DNA of 63,930 bases, counting the filler. It is 8 parts of 8 records of this genome, joined end to end, with 100 filler letters (N's around TTAATTAATTAA, not from the genome) between each part and the next. Parts side by side here need not be neighbours in the genome. Positions count along the whole stretch, not along the records: positions 1 to 7,311 come from SRR31156797_25650; positions 7,412 to 12,976 come from SRR31156797_25652; 6 more parts are not named here. One strand, given 5' to 3'. Positions 1 through 10,456 of the stretch are shown in pieces. Position numbers and translations under genes: made by a program. Each line of letters opens with the position of its first letter. Positions within the stretch are counted from its first letter, which is position 1. The notes below the pieces were generated by a model that worked only from the letters and a program-made list of their open reading frames with translations, was not told where the DNA came from and did no database searches.

Positions 1-21
1 ACGGCGGGGTGGGTATTTTGT

Positions 22-456
22 TTAAGCCTTTTGAAAAACGTAATTCAACTGACCGTTGCTCAAGGTGTTGGATCGGGTGATCATTTCCATGCCCACCTCA
101 ATTTCGTCTTCGGGAACATCTTGGGAGATCCTTCCGAAGACCTTGTAATCTCCATAATCCAATAAGGCTATGGCATAGGGGAGGTCGTCGCCGAACCCGA
201 TGGGCGCATATTCGAGCTTGCTGTATGAAACCAGTTTCCCTTTTCCGGATACCTCAAACCATTCCATGTCGCTGGTCAAGCACTTTGCGCAATCGGCCCG
301 TGGCGGGAAGTAAACCGCGTCGCACTCCTTGCACCGGGTCCCCATGACTTTTCCCTGCTCCAACTGAGTGACAAAGTCGTTGACCTTCGTGATGGCGGTA
401 AAACTCACGGTTCCGAATTTCTTAAAACGATCATCCACTTCTCTTTTCTTTCCCAT
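22..456 (-). CDS. DUF35-family Zn-ribbon/OB-fold protein (thiolase partner)
   Basis: CKEC...PPRADCAKC zinc ribbon followed by an OB-fold. Likely start MGKKREV at 456, just after the thiolase stop; the ORF-track extension to 642 overlaps the thiolase. Confidence 0.85.
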   Translation of the reverse strand: MGKKREVDDRFKKFGTVSFTAITKVNDFVTQLEQGKVMGTRCKECDAVYFPPRADCAKCLTSDMEWFEVSGKGKLVSYSKLEYAPIGFGDDLPYAIALLDYGDYKVFGRISQDVPEDEIEVGMEMITRSNTLSNGQLNYVFQKA

Positions 457-460
457 GATA

Positions 461-1627
461 TTACCTCCCCAAAATGCTGACGTTTCCGTACAGTCCCACA
501 CCGCCGATATTATGAACCAAACCGATCTCCGGATCTTTGACCTGAATGTCGCCGGCCTCTCCGCGCAACTGGAGCACAATGGTTCGGATCTGTGAACCGC
601 CGGTGGCGCCGATGGGATGTCCCTTGGAAAGCAGACCGCCATCCACGTTGACCGGGATACTCCCCTCCTTATAGGTCTCCCTGGCCTTGATCAACTCTTT
701 CCCCTCTCCGGGTTTTGCAAATCCTAGGTTTTCATAGGCCATCATTTCGGCGATGGTGAAACAGTCATGGACTTCCGCCACATCCACATCCTTGGCGGTA
801 ATACCGGCCATCTTATAGGCCTGTTCAGCCGATTCCCTTGCCACCGTCAGCCCCGAGAACAGGTCCCTTCCGGCCAGGTTGACGGCGGTGGAAGCCGATC
901 CCAGGCCCAGTATCCAAACCGGCTTTTTACAGAGGGCCTTTGCCCTTTCCTCGCTGGCGACGATAACGCAGGAACTGCCATCCGCATTGGCGCAGCAATC
1001 TCCAACCCTGAGAGGTGACGCCACGGGGCCGGACATGGGGCTGTTGGGATCCGAAAACATTTCAAAGGTCACGGGTTTGCGATAGACCGCCTTTTCGTTG
1101 AGCTGACCGTAGGTGGCCGCTTTGACGCGGATCAGGGCCAGATCCTCCGGGGTGGTACCGTACTCCGCCATATGCCGCTTGGCGTACATGGCGTAATAAG
1201 CCGGCATCATGGTGCCGAAGGTGCTTTCCCATTGAATGTCCGCGCCCCGGCCCATCCGTTCCTGGCTTTCGGCCGAGGATATCTCCGACATCTTCTGGAA
1301 ACCCACCACCGCCACCACATCGTGAAGACCCGATTTTACCAGTGAATAAGCGAACCGTAATCCCATGCTGCTGGAAGAACAAAGGCTTTCCAGGTAGCAG
1401 GTGGGCTGCGGCGTGAGCCCCAGATATTCCGCGAAAACGCCGGCAGGGGACCTCTGTTTGTCATATTCCGGGGCTGAACAAATGATGGACGCATCGATAT
1501 CCTTATTTGCGATTTGAGCGTCTTGCATGGCATCCTTGAATCCTTCAAAGGCCAGTTCCCTGATGGATCCGGGATATCCGCGCACGAAAGCACTCTGGCC
1601 AACTCCGATGATTCCTACTTTACCCAT
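461..1627 (-). CDS. Thiolase-family protein (SCP2/archaeal-type acetyl-CoA acyltransferase)
   Basis: ESLCSSSS nucleophile Cys, EVHDCF and GHPIGATG motifs; GGAGG RBS before MGKVG. Confidence 0.88.
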   Translation of the reverse strand: MGKVGIIGVGQSAFVRGYPGSIRELAFEGFKDAMQDAQIANKDIDASIICSAPEYDKQRSPAGVFAEYLGLTPQPTCYLESLCSSSSMGLRFAYSLVKSGLHDVVAVVGFQKMSEISSAESQERMGRGADIQWESTFGTMMPAYYAMYAKRHMAEYGTTPEDLALIRVKAATYGQLNEKAVYRKPVTFEMFSDPNSPMSGPVASPLRVGDCCANADGSSCVIVASEERAKALCKKPVWILGLGSASTAVNLAGRDLFSGLTVARESAEQAYKMAGITAKDVDVAEVHDCFTIAEMMAYENLGFAKPGEGKELIKARETYKEGSIPVNVDGGLLSKGHPIGATGGSQIRTIVLQLRGEAGDIQVKDPEIGLVHNIGGVGLYGNVSILGR

Positions 1628-1769
1628 TATAACCTCCAAGTTATATACGTTCCTAAACAAACGCTGAAGCTTTGACTAACCTGATCGCTAAACCTTCAAA
1701 TTTCCAGCGTCTACAATCCTTTGGCCAAAATTTACCGAGGACGGATTATAGGGAATCCTCCCCGACGGG

Positions 1770-3047
1770 TCAAGGAGAAACAATGGACTTCATATCTCCC
1801 GGCTTATAGAACAGCGACAGAACGGCGCCTGAAAGGATAAGCCCGCCGGCGGCGGAAACCCCCAGGGCAAAAAACCCCGCGTCGCCCATCATGCCGATAC
1901 CCATGGGAATGGCGCCGCCCCCGACCAGGAAGGCGGCGGGTACCGTAAGGGATACGGCAACATTTCGAGCGTTGGGTGGACCGATGGCCGAAAGGGCCGC
2001 AAAACCGGGCGGAAAAAAGCATACGGCCACAACTGGCTGCAAAAACACCATGAGCACCAACCATGATCCCGTGGAAGCACCCAGGAGAATAGTCGTCAAC
2101 CCTGCAATCAGGAAAACCGCGCTCATGGTCAATCTCGGACCGATCCGATCCGTTGCCCAGCCGGCCAGAAAGGCCATGAACATGCCGGATATCCGTGAAA
2201 GCGCCACCAGGGTATTGGCCCGGTTTCTTTCCAATCCGTGCTGTGCCACCAGAAAAAGCGGCAGCATGGTATAAATTCCCAGGGTGGCACAAATCCCAAA
2301 GGAAAACAAAATCATCATAATCCAGAAGGATTTTTGGGAAAAGAGGGTCTTAAGGGATAAAAAATCAGGTGCTTCACCGGGAAAATCCTCTCCTTTCCAA
2401 AAATAGGAAAACAATATACCCGTCAAAATGGAGCCAAGCCCTAGGAAAATCAAAACACCTCGCCAGGAGAACCACATCATCAGGCTCTCCGCCAGCAAAG
2501 GCGCAACGAAAAAACCTAAATTGGGGGCCAGTTCATGGGTGGCGATGGCTTTTCCCCAGTGCCTGACATTGACCAGTGCGGTCAGGGAGGCCAGTCCGGA
2601 AGGAAGATAAAGCCCCGAGGCCAACCCCAGCAGAAGCAATCCCCCTCGAATGGTCCAGATGCCGTGGCACAAGGCGATGCCGAGAAGTGAAATCCCCACG
2701 GCGGTCGCCGACAAGACAATGGTCTTTCTGTGTTGAAGACGATGGGAGATAAAACCGGAACTCAGAAGGGAAACGGAATACCCCATGCTGACAAAAAGAA
2801 AAAAGGAGGCGACTTCCACGTGGGCCAGCCCCAGATCTTTCTGAATGCTGGGCAGTAGTGGCGCAAAGATGATTCTGGATATGAAATTCAAAAAGAAAAT
2901 ATTGGTTAATAAGAGGATCGGTCCCAGAAAGGAGCTGAATTTGACCGCTTTAGAATCTGCACCCATGTGTGAATGGTAGGTTTTTGAATGGTTCATTTTT
3001 CCTTCATTGTCAAGAATCTTCAATGATCCGTCGACCTTTGCGGGCAA
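1770..3047 (-). CDS. MFS transporter
   Basis: About 12 hydrophobic segments and a GWATDRIGPR loop motif. Start uncertain. Confidence 0.85.
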   Translation of the reverse strand: MPAKVDGSLKILDNEGKMNHSKTYHSHMGADSKAVKFSSFLGPILLLTNIFFLNFISRIIFAPLLPSIQKDLGLAHVEVASFFLFVSMGYSVSLLSSGFISHRLQHRKTIVLSATAVGISLLGIALCHGIWTIRGGLLLLGLASGLYLPSGLASLTALVNVRHWGKAIATHELAPNLGFFVAPLLAESLMMWFSWRGVLIFLGLGSILTGILFSYFWKGEDFPGEAPDFLSLKTLFSQKSFWIMMILFSFGICATLGIYTMLPLFLVAQHGLERNRANTLVALSRISGMFMAFLAGWATDRIGPRLTMSAVFLIAGLTTILLGASTGSWLVLMVFLQPVVAVCFFPPGFAALSAIGPPNARNVAVSLTVPAAFLVGGGAIPMGIGMMGDAGFFALGVSAAGGLILSGAVLSLFYKPGDMKSIVSP

Positions 3048-3133
3048 TCCATATGCCGCCTTGAAATCAATTTCTAATTTTGGTAAACCAGGAACCGCGT
3101 TCCGAATAAACCTTTTTAAGGATTAAAATTCCA

Positions 3134-3904
3134 ATGAAATCCTTTAAAAACAAACTGAGGCTGAAGAAAACCAGAACCCCTGCGTTGAACCACGTGACCG
3201 TCATGGCCTCAAAGGGGCTCGGACGCATGTGGAGTTTCAATATTAATTTTTTGTTTCTTCTGGGTATCGTGGTTGTCTTCGTGCTCTATTTTCTATTTTC
3301 TTTCATACCTTTAGCGAAGTATTTCGGTGAGTACCATCAGGAAAATCTACTGGTACAGCTTGAAAAAGATCTTCAGGAAACCCGGAAGGCTTTGTATCAG
3401 GCAAAACAGCGTTTGAAGTTCCTGGAAAATTACATTGACCCTTCAAAGATACCGGTGGAAAGCCCTAAAGGAGCAATAGATTCAAAATTGCACCCCGGCG
3501 TAAGCCCGGCAGCATCTGGGTCCGGTCCGCAAAAGCACATTGTCGGTATTAAAGGGTTAAAAATAAATCGTCGGGGTGCCAATCTATCCGTTACTTTCAA
3601 ATTGATTCGTTCCCGCCCCGGCCGCGAAAGCGCCCGGGGGTATGTTTTTATCATTGCAGTAGACCGGTCAACGGACCCGCCCCGGCTCTGGCCTTCATCA
3701 AAAGCGGCTTTTGAAAACGGAGCACCGGTGAATTTCAAAAAAGGCCAGTCCTACAAAATAAGGAACTTTCGCCTGATTCGAGCCAGATGGTCTTTTAAAT
3801 CCGCTGAAAAAACACCCTCGGAAATCAGGATACTGGTCTATGACAGAGGGGGCCGTCTTCTTTTAAAAGAGGACTTTCGTTTGGAGGAGGATCAAAACCG
3901 ATAA
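3134..3904 (+). CDS. Hypothetical membrane-anchored protein (TM, coiled coil, beta-rich C-terminal domain)
   Basis: 256-aa ORF with one hydrophobic helix followed by a coiled coil. Confidence 0.65.
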   Translation: MKSFKNKLRLKKTRTPALNHVTVMASKGLGRMWSFNINFLFLLGIVVVFVLYFLFSFIPLAKYFGEYHQENLLVQLEKDLQETRKALYQAKQRLKFLENYIDPSKIPVESPKGAIDSKLHPGVSPAASGSGPQKHIVGIKGLKINRRGANLSVTFKLIRSRPGRESARGYVFIIAVDRSTDPPRLWPSSKAAFENGAPVNFKKGQSYKIRNFRLIRARWSFKSAEKTPSEIRILVYDRGGRLLLKEDFRLEEDQNR

Positions 3905-3929
3905 CTTTAAGACATCCTCCCCAACCATA

Positions 3930-5912
3930 TTAGGGCATATATGCCAAAGTGATGGTATCATCCCAGGGATCCGCCTTTTTAACTTTTACCCGGATTTCCT
4001 GCCCTTTGGAAAAGATGATGCCGTCTTGGCGCTTAAAATCCGTCACCATGAGAAAATCCTTCAACACGATCCTGTATTTGTTCTTGAGTTCATCCAGCAC
4101 CAGGGCGGTGTATATTTTGTCCCGGTTCAATCCCAGATATTTCAAGGTCCAATAGCGTAAACGGTTTCGCTGGATACGCCCCAGGATCTTAACCAGGGGT
4201 TCAACGGAAACCCTGAGTTCTTCCAGGTTTTCCTCACTGTAAACGGGTGCGTTTTTCATAAGAAAACTGGTTAGTTGCCGCTGTACAACAAGGTCAAGAT
4301 ATCTGCGTATGGGAGAGGTGGCCTGGGTGTAAAGGGAGACCCCCAGACCGCTGTGGGGCTTTGGACTTACACTGATATGAAGGGGGCTGAGTTTTCTTCG
4401 CTGTTGAAATACATAAAAAATATATCCCTTTTCATCCAGGGGTAACTTTTCCGTTGGCTGCGATTGCCCCCTGAACAGTACGGGGATGTCATGTTTCTGA
4501 CAAAACTCAGCCACCAGTTCATTGTACAGGATCATGAGTTCGGCAACCATCATCCGGGACGGGGAATCCTGTGGTACCAGTTCCAGGTTTAGTATCCCAT
4601 TTTCATCAATGTCCATTTCCAGTTCAGGCAGGGAAAGATTCATGGCGCCGCGGTCCAACCGCTTTTGGCGCAGTATTTCCGCCAGTCGATGCAGTTCCTG
4701 AAATTGCCTATTTTCCGCCAGGTGTTCATTAACTTGGCCGTAGGTCAATTGTTGCTGAACCCGAATCATGCTGGAGACAAAGCGATATCCCAGGAGCGTC
4801 CCGTCCAGGCCGAACCTTGCCAGCAGAGAGATCGCCGGACGATCACACCCTTCTTTCAGGCTTAACAAATCCTGGGAAAGATCGGCGGGAATCATGGGAA
4901 TTTGCCTTCTTGGAAGGTATAGAGACGAAGCCCGGTCCCTGGCCGCCATGTCAATGGGGCTGTCTTTTTCAATAACCGCGGCCACGTCCGCGATATGGAC
5001 ACCGATTCTCAATTCATTATCAAAAAATTCCAGGCTGATGGCGTCATCGAAGTCCTGGGTCGTCGGTCCGTCAATTGTCATGATGGGGAGGGTCCTCAAG
5101 TCTTCTCGCGCACATTCGGGAAATCCTGAAACGGCCAGGCGCGCGGACTCCTCCAGCTGTCTGGGCGTAAAAGCGGTATCCACGCCCGATCGCAGCAGAT
5201 CAAGGGGTTCATCTTCTTCCCATTCCCCCAGGTTTATGAGTAAAGACCTGGCTTGCCTGATATCCGTTATTCCGGCATGTGAAAGCAATTCCCTGCCATA
5301 TTTGAAATCATCGGCATCTGCGCCGTAAAGGGCCAGTTGAATCAAAAGGTGCACAACATCTTTCCTGCAGTCAGGTGCCTGGGGCTGTTTACCCTGATGT
5401 ATTTGTTTCAGCCACCCGCCGCCCTGTTCAAGTCTCTCCGCCTTTTCGGCCGCCTCCTCTTCCTGCCGGATAATCTGCTCCACACGACTCTCGGAGTTGG
5501 GCAGAAAGAGACCGTTCTTCATCTTGAAATAGAGCCTGTTTTCAAAAAGTGCCCGCATGACAGCCGAAAAATGATCCTCCGTCGCGTCTTCCCCGAATGC
5601 CAATTGGGCCAGGTAACGGTGGTCAAAAACATCTTCCTCGTCCCGAATCAGCTCCCACATTTCCTTGACGTCAATCTCTTCTTTCAGCTTTGTTCGCAAC
5701 CTTTCTATCTGCTGCAACTTCTGGAGCACTTGATCCCTCGGTTGCCCCACATCAATTCGCGACCCTGAAATGAGCAGGGTTCTTTTCGGGGAAAGGTTCA
5801 CTTCCCGGTTGGCGGGTGTCAGCAGATGAATCCTGCTCCCCTTGTCCTGCAAACAGACGGTGCAAATAAATCGGCTCTGATCAATATATTCAACAATGCT
5901 TCCAACGGCCAT
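3930..5912 (-). CDS. RNB-domain exoribonuclease (RNase II/R family)
   Basis: TIDGPTTQDFDDA catalytic motif and YTQATSPIRRYLDL. Confidence 0.9.
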   Translation of the reverse strand: MAVGSIVEYIDQSRFICTVCLQDKGSRIHLLTPANREVNLSPKRTLLISGSRIDVGQPRDQVLQKLQQIERLRTKLKEEIDVKEMWELIRDEEDVFDHRYLAQLAFGEDATEDHFSAVMRALFENRLYFKMKNGLFLPNSESRVEQIIRQEEEAAEKAERLEQGGGWLKQIHQGKQPQAPDCRKDVVHLLIQLALYGADADDFKYGRELLSHAGITDIRQARSLLINLGEWEEDEPLDLLRSGVDTAFTPRQLEESARLAVSGFPECAREDLRTLPIMTIDGPTTQDFDDAISLEFFDNELRIGVHIADVAAVIEKDSPIDMAARDRASSLYLPRRQIPMIPADLSQDLLSLKEGCDRPAISLLARFGLDGTLLGYRFVSSMIRVQQQLTYGQVNEHLAENRQFQELHRLAEILRQKRLDRGAMNLSLPELEMDIDENGILNLELVPQDSPSRMMVAELMILYNELVAEFCQKHDIPVLFRGQSQPTEKLPLDEKGYIFYVFQQRRKLSPLHISVSPKPHSGLGVSLYTQATSPIRRYLDLVVQRQLTSFLMKNAPVYSEENLEELRVSVEPLVKILGRIQRNRLRYWTLKYLGLNRDKIYTALVLDELKNKYRIVLKDFLMVTDFKRQDGIIFSKGQEIRVKVKKADPWDDTITLAYMP

Positions 5913-6108
5913 ATCTGTGAATCACCCATACCCTTTCAAGGAGGTTTGCAGGATTTCTAACAGGTGGGCAGGGTTCTGTCAACTGATCATGGTGGATCTC
6001 AATTTAAGAGAAAACATGAATTTACACAATCAGATCGCCATTTCCCACAATTGCATTCCCAAAATTCTTTTGCTAAAATATAAAAATTGACAAAATTTGA
6101 GGGAAACC

Positions 6109-7230
6109 ATGAATGAATCAATCTACGCAAAACGGACTGCGGCACTTGTTCGATTATTAAAGGATTCCCCTGAAACCGGTTGCGATGGGGCCTGGATTAT
6201 CAAACCCGAAAATCGACGCTATCTTTCAGGCTTCAGCGCGGAAGACAGCCAGTTCACCGAATCCTCGGGGTCCCTTCTGATCAATGGTGAAAACCGTCTC
6301 CTCATAACCGATTCCAGATATACCCTTGCGGCTGAAAGTGAAGCTGCGGAATTTAAAGTGTATACACTTAAAAAAAATTTTGTGGAGGACATTCCGGTTT
6401 TCACAAAAAACCTCTCTCTGAGCCGTCTTGGCTTTGAAGAAGATTACCTGACCTGGGATCTTTACCGAAAGACCTTGGAAAAACTGTCTGAACTCTCGCC
6501 CCCGGCCGCATTGACCCCTTTGAACGGCGTCGTGGAAAAAATGCGCGAAATCAAAGAAGACCGGGAGGTGGACGCTCTGGAAAGGGCTGCGGACATGATT
6601 TCGGAAATCCTGGATGAAATTATTTCGGCAATGAAACCGGGTATGACGGAGAAAGACGTGGCATGGCGGATTAAATCTCTGGCAAGAGAGGCCGGTGCGG
6701 AAGGGTTGTCTTTTCCCTCTATTGTGGCATCGGGTCCCAACAGTGCGCTGCCCCATGCCGTGCCCACAAATCGAAAAATCCGGTCTCGAGAGCCGATCAT
6801 TCTGGATGCCGGCGTTCGACTGAACGGGTACTGTTCCGACATTACGCGAACGGTTTTTCTGGGAGAACCGGATCATTTTTTCAAAACCGTTTATCGCACT
6901 GTTCGGCAGGCGCAACTGGCCGCACTGTCGCAAATTCACCCTTCGGTGCAAAGCAGCCATGTGGATGCCGTTGCCAGAAATATGATTGCAGATGCCGGTT
7001 TCGGCGCATATTTCGGCCACGGACTGGGCCATGGGGTTGGCCTTGCCACCCATGAAGGGCCCCGGCTAGGTCCCAGAAATGACGCCCTGCTGCGATCAGG
7101 GACCGTTTTTACCGTTGAACCGGGAATCTATGTCCCGGATAGAGGTGGGGTGCGCCTTGAGGAAATGGTGGTTCTGGAGGCTGAAGGGCCCAGAATTTTA
7201 ACCCGTAACGATCATTTCTATGATTTTTAG
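6109..7230 (+). CDS. Xaa-Pro aminopeptidase (M24B)
   Basis: Creatinase-like N-domain; DAG, YCSDITRT, HGLGHGVG, HEGP, TVEPGIY and GVRLEE metal motifs. Confidence 0.92.
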   Translation: MNESIYAKRTAALVRLLKDSPETGCDGAWIIKPENRRYLSGFSAEDSQFTESSGSLLINGENRLLITDSRYTLAAESEAAEFKVYTLKKNFVEDIPVFTKNLSLSRLGFEEDYLTWDLYRKTLEKLSELSPPAALTPLNGVVEKMREIKEDREVDALERAADMISEILDEIISAMKPGMTEKDVAWRIKSLAREAGAEGLSFPSIVASGPNSALPHAVPTNRKIRSREPIILDAGVRLNGYCSDITRTVFLGEPDHFFKTVYRTVRQAQLAALSQIHPSVQSSHVDAVARNMIADAGFGAYFGHGLGHGVGLATHEGPRLGPRNDALLRSGTVFTVEPGIYVPDRGGVRLEEMVVLEAEGPRILTRNDHFYDF

Positions 7231-7311
7231 TGATTTCAGCCCTTGTCATGATATCTTATATGGTGGGCTGGCTCGCTAATGGGCAGTACTGACGCACGAG
7301 TATGAAGATCC

Positions 7312-7411
7312 NNNNNNNNNNNNNNNNNNNNNNNNNNNNNNNNNNNNNNNNNNNNTTAATTAATTAANNNNNNNNNNNNNNNNNNNNNNNNNNNNNNNNN
7401 NNNNNNNNNNN
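7312..7411. other. Artificial contig linker
   Basis: N-run with a TTAATTAATTAA all-frame stop. Identical linkers at 12977-13076, 19788-19887, 31230-31329, 42855-42954, 50574-50673 and 57305-57404. Confidence 0.98.
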
Positions 7412-7475
7412 CAATGCACTGAAAATTTTCGCCTGCCGTTCATAATGGGAAGAAATCTGTACGGTTTAGTAACAA

Positions 7476-9371
7476 ATGTATAATATTTATACCATGGAAA
7501 CCAACCATTCTCAAACAGAACAATTTATACAAAAAGTAACTAAAATTATCGAAGAAAATATAGCTAATGAGAATTTCACAGTTGAAGAACTTGCTCATTT
7601 GTCCGGATTAAGTCGTTCCATGCTTCACCGCAAGTTAATTAAAGCTACCGGAAAATCGGCCAGTGATTTAATTACCGATATTCGTATAAAGCGTGCTAAA
7701 GAATTACTGGAAAATGATGTGGCAACAGTTGCCGAAATTGCCTATAGTGTTGGTTTTAGAAGTCCGAGTTATTTTAATAAAGTTTTTAAAAAACATTATC
7801 ATGTGTCACCAGGTGAGGTTCGGAAGAAAAGTGTTCGAAGAGCTTTTGTAAATGATGCATCCAATATAACCATACGTGACAGGTTTATGAAACAATTCTG
7901 GCGTAATATTAGCATTGTATTTGCAATTGTTTTTGTTTTATTGTCGGGGGTGATCGCAGTAACCTCAAAAAATCATAAGGAGAAATCTGTAGCTGTTCTT
8001 CCACTGGCAAACTTAACCGGAGAGATTAAAAATGACTTTATAACTGCCGGTATTCACGATGCATTAATTGGTGAGTTAGGTAATATAGGTTCGTTGAGGG
8101 TAATTTCCCGAACGTCTACTCTGCGTTATAATGAAACTGATAAGTTTTTGAAAGACATTGCACAGGAATTGAACGTTAACTTTATTGTTGAGGCATCGCT
8201 TATTAAAGTGGCTGATAGTGTTAGACTTTTGGTACAGGTTATTGATGTTTTCCCGAAAGAGGACCACCTTATGGCCACCGAATATTATGATGATTTCAAG
8301 AATATTCTTAACATACAAGCATCTGTGGTACACGATATTGTAGGGAAGATAAACGTAAAACTTAACGAAAGGGAAGAAAAGCACCTTGAGCAGGTTCGCA
8401 AGGTAAATCCAGAGGTTTATAAAGCATATTTGAGAGGGATGTACCATTTAAATCTTGGTACTCCGGAGGACTTCGAAAAGGGGCTTTCTTATCTTCTGCA
8501 GGCCATTGATATGGATCCGGCAGATCCATTTGCCTATGCCGCCCTGGCGTTGGGATATGCAATCAAAGGACATGGGCAGTCTGATCCCAAAGAAGCATTT
8601 AACAGAGCTGTTTCAGCTGCGGAAACTGCTATTCAAATCGATCCAACTATTGATGAGGCTTATACAGCTTTAGCCCTAATCCATTTATATAAGTCGTGGA
8701 ACTGGGAGAAAGCAAGAGAGGCATTTGAAGAAGCGATTCAACAAAATCCAAATAATGCTATTGCACATGCGCATTTTGCCTGGTATTGGTTATTGTTTAA
8801 CGATAATGACAAAGCCATAGAACATGCATATAAGGCAAGTGAATTAAATCCACTGTATGTTTCTTTTACCGCCTGGTTAGCGTTATTGTATTTTAATAAC
8901 GAACAATTTGCTGAAGCTGAAGAAACAGCGAAAAAGGCTTTATTACTCAATGAAAATGCACCCTATCCAAATCTGGTTTTGGGCTGGATTAACCTGGAGC
9001 GTGAAGACTATCCCCAGGCTTTTAATTATTACAACAAACTTCCCAATACCACTTATTACGATGTATTACGTGCGCATGCTTATATGCGGACAAACCAGAG
9101 AGAAAAAGCACTTGGAATTTGGGAAAAACTGCAAGCGAAAGCTAAAAAACGCCCGGTAAATGCCTGTGCAATGGGAAGAGTCGCAGCTATTTTGGGATAT
9201 ACCGATCTTGCATTTGAGTACCTTAACGAAGCAATAGAAAAGAAACAATACCCGATTACCTACCTCAATTTTTATCCGTGTTTTAAGGTACTTGAAAACG
9301 ATCCTCGTTTTAATGAGTTGTTTCAAAAATTAAACCTTCCCAATCCAGAGTATGTGATAGCTTCAAAATGA
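7476..9371 (+). CDS. Membrane-spanning regulator: N-terminal AraC HTH, TM, TolB-N-like domain and TPR repeats
   Basis: AEIAYSVGFRSPSYFNKVFKK AraC motif, a TM helix, SVAVLPLANL motif, then TPRs. Start may be 7494. Confidence 0.85.
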   Translation: MYNIYTMETNHSQTEQFIQKVTKIIEENIANENFTVEELAHLSGLSRSMLHRKLIKATGKSASDLITDIRIKRAKELLENDVATVAEIAYSVGFRSPSYFNKVFKKHYHVSPGEVRKKSVRRAFVNDASNITIRDRFMKQFWRNISIVFAIVFVLLSGVIAVTSKNHKEKSVAVLPLANLTGEIKNDFITAGIHDALIGELGNIGSLRVISRTSTLRYNETDKFLKDIAQELNVNFIVEASLIKVADSVRLLVQVIDVFPKEDHLMATEYYDDFKNILNIQASVVHDIVGKINVKLNEREEKHLEQVRKVNPEVYKAYLRGMYHLNLGTPEDFEKGLSYLLQAIDMDPADPFAYAALALGYAIKGHGQSDPKEAFNRAVSAAETAIQIDPTIDEAYTALALIHLYKSWNWEKAREAFEEAIQQNPNNAIAHAHFAWYWLLFNDNDKAIEHAYKASELNPLYVSFTAWLALLYFNNEQFAEAEETAKKALLLNENAPYPNLVLGWINLEREDYPQAFNYYNKLPNTTYYDVLRAHAYMRTNQREKALGIWEKLQAKAKKRPVNACAMGRVAAILGYTDLAFEYLNEAIEKKQYPITYLNFYPCFKVLENDPRFNELFQKLNLPNPEYVIASK

Positions 9372-9546
9372 ATAATATTCTGTTAATTGTTTTTGCAATG
9401 TGCTTTTTCTTAAAATGCAACATCAGTGTCATTCAGATTATAACTATTTGCAACCTGGTTGGTATGTACTACCTTCTGAAATTTAGGAACTTGTAGGTGG
9501 ATTAAATCAATTTTTTCTTATTCTTTAAACTCAAAAATTGTACATT

Positions 9547-10164
9547 ATGAAAACCTTATTAAAACTATTATTGGTGGCAGTTTGTATTAGTCTGGTTGCA
9601 AGCTGTGAAAAAGAGGAAGACATTGTTAATACTGATTTGAAAAGTGCAGGTTTTGGTTCTGAAAAGACGGATGAAGTAAAAATGGTAACTGTTCCTTTCG
9701 ATGCAAGATTTACAGGAGAATATGTAAGCCAAATGAGCTATGGTGATGAAGGATATCCATGTGAATTACCTTATTATTGTCATGTAGTAGTTGACTTTGT
9801 AGGAACAGGTACTCATCTCGGAAAGTTTAGTGGAAATTTTGAATTTTGTGCTTGTGGACCTGATGATCCTGAGATTGACGGAAAAGATTGGCAATATGCT
9901 CCCACTGAATCTTATATGGTGGCGGCTAATGGCGACAGCCTGTTTATTTCTTGTTGGGGGAGCGTTGTGGCAGGTAGAACTGAGGAACATCCTGAATATG
10001 TAACCTCGTATTGGCGTGATGAATTTGCCATTTTAGGTGGAACCGGGCGTTTTAAAAACGCCAGTGGAGGTGGAATGACTGACGATTACAACAGTAATCT
10101 TGATCCGAATTCTCATCACCATTGGGTTGGAACCATTACTTTGATGAAAGGTAACTCTAAATGA
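9547..10164 (+). CDS. Lipoprotein of unknown function
   Basis: Signal peptide with lipobox LVASC; ILGGTGRFKNASG motif. Confidence 0.75.
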   Translation: MKTLLKLLLVAVCISLVASCEKEEDIVNTDLKSAGFGSEKTDEVKMVTVPFDARFTGEYVSQMSYGDEGYPCELPYYCHVVVDFVGTGTHLGKFSGNFEFCACGPDDPEIDGKDWQYAPTESYMVAANGDSLFISCWGSVVAGRTEEHPEYVTSYWRDEFAILGGTGRFKNASGGGMTDDYNSNLDPNSHHHWVGTITLMKGNSK

Positions 10165-10456
10165 TATGCGCTCATTGGGCACAAAAGCAAAAGTGACACA
10201 TTCTCGATTATACCTTGAATTTGTATTCATTGTTTTGGTACGATCATGATGGTTTAAAAAACAATCGGAATAATAGAGAATAGGGTGATTACGAAAATCA
10301 TTGATTTTATCAAAGTTACATCAAAACTGATGTTAGGAGCCAATTCTAAAGATTTAATCCAATGGTTCCGGAAATCACAACAGTTTACCTCCGTTGTTTC
10401 TACATCGGAGGTTTTCTTGTTTTATTCCGAAACTGTTGTCTCAAAATAATTTTCGT

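Noticed and set aside
22-1627. Thiolase + DUF35 as a PhlABC-like or mevalonate complex
   Set aside because: No HMG-CoA-synthase-like partner is visible on the contig. The pair is common in anaerobic acyl-CoA metabolism, so no specific pathway can be claimed.
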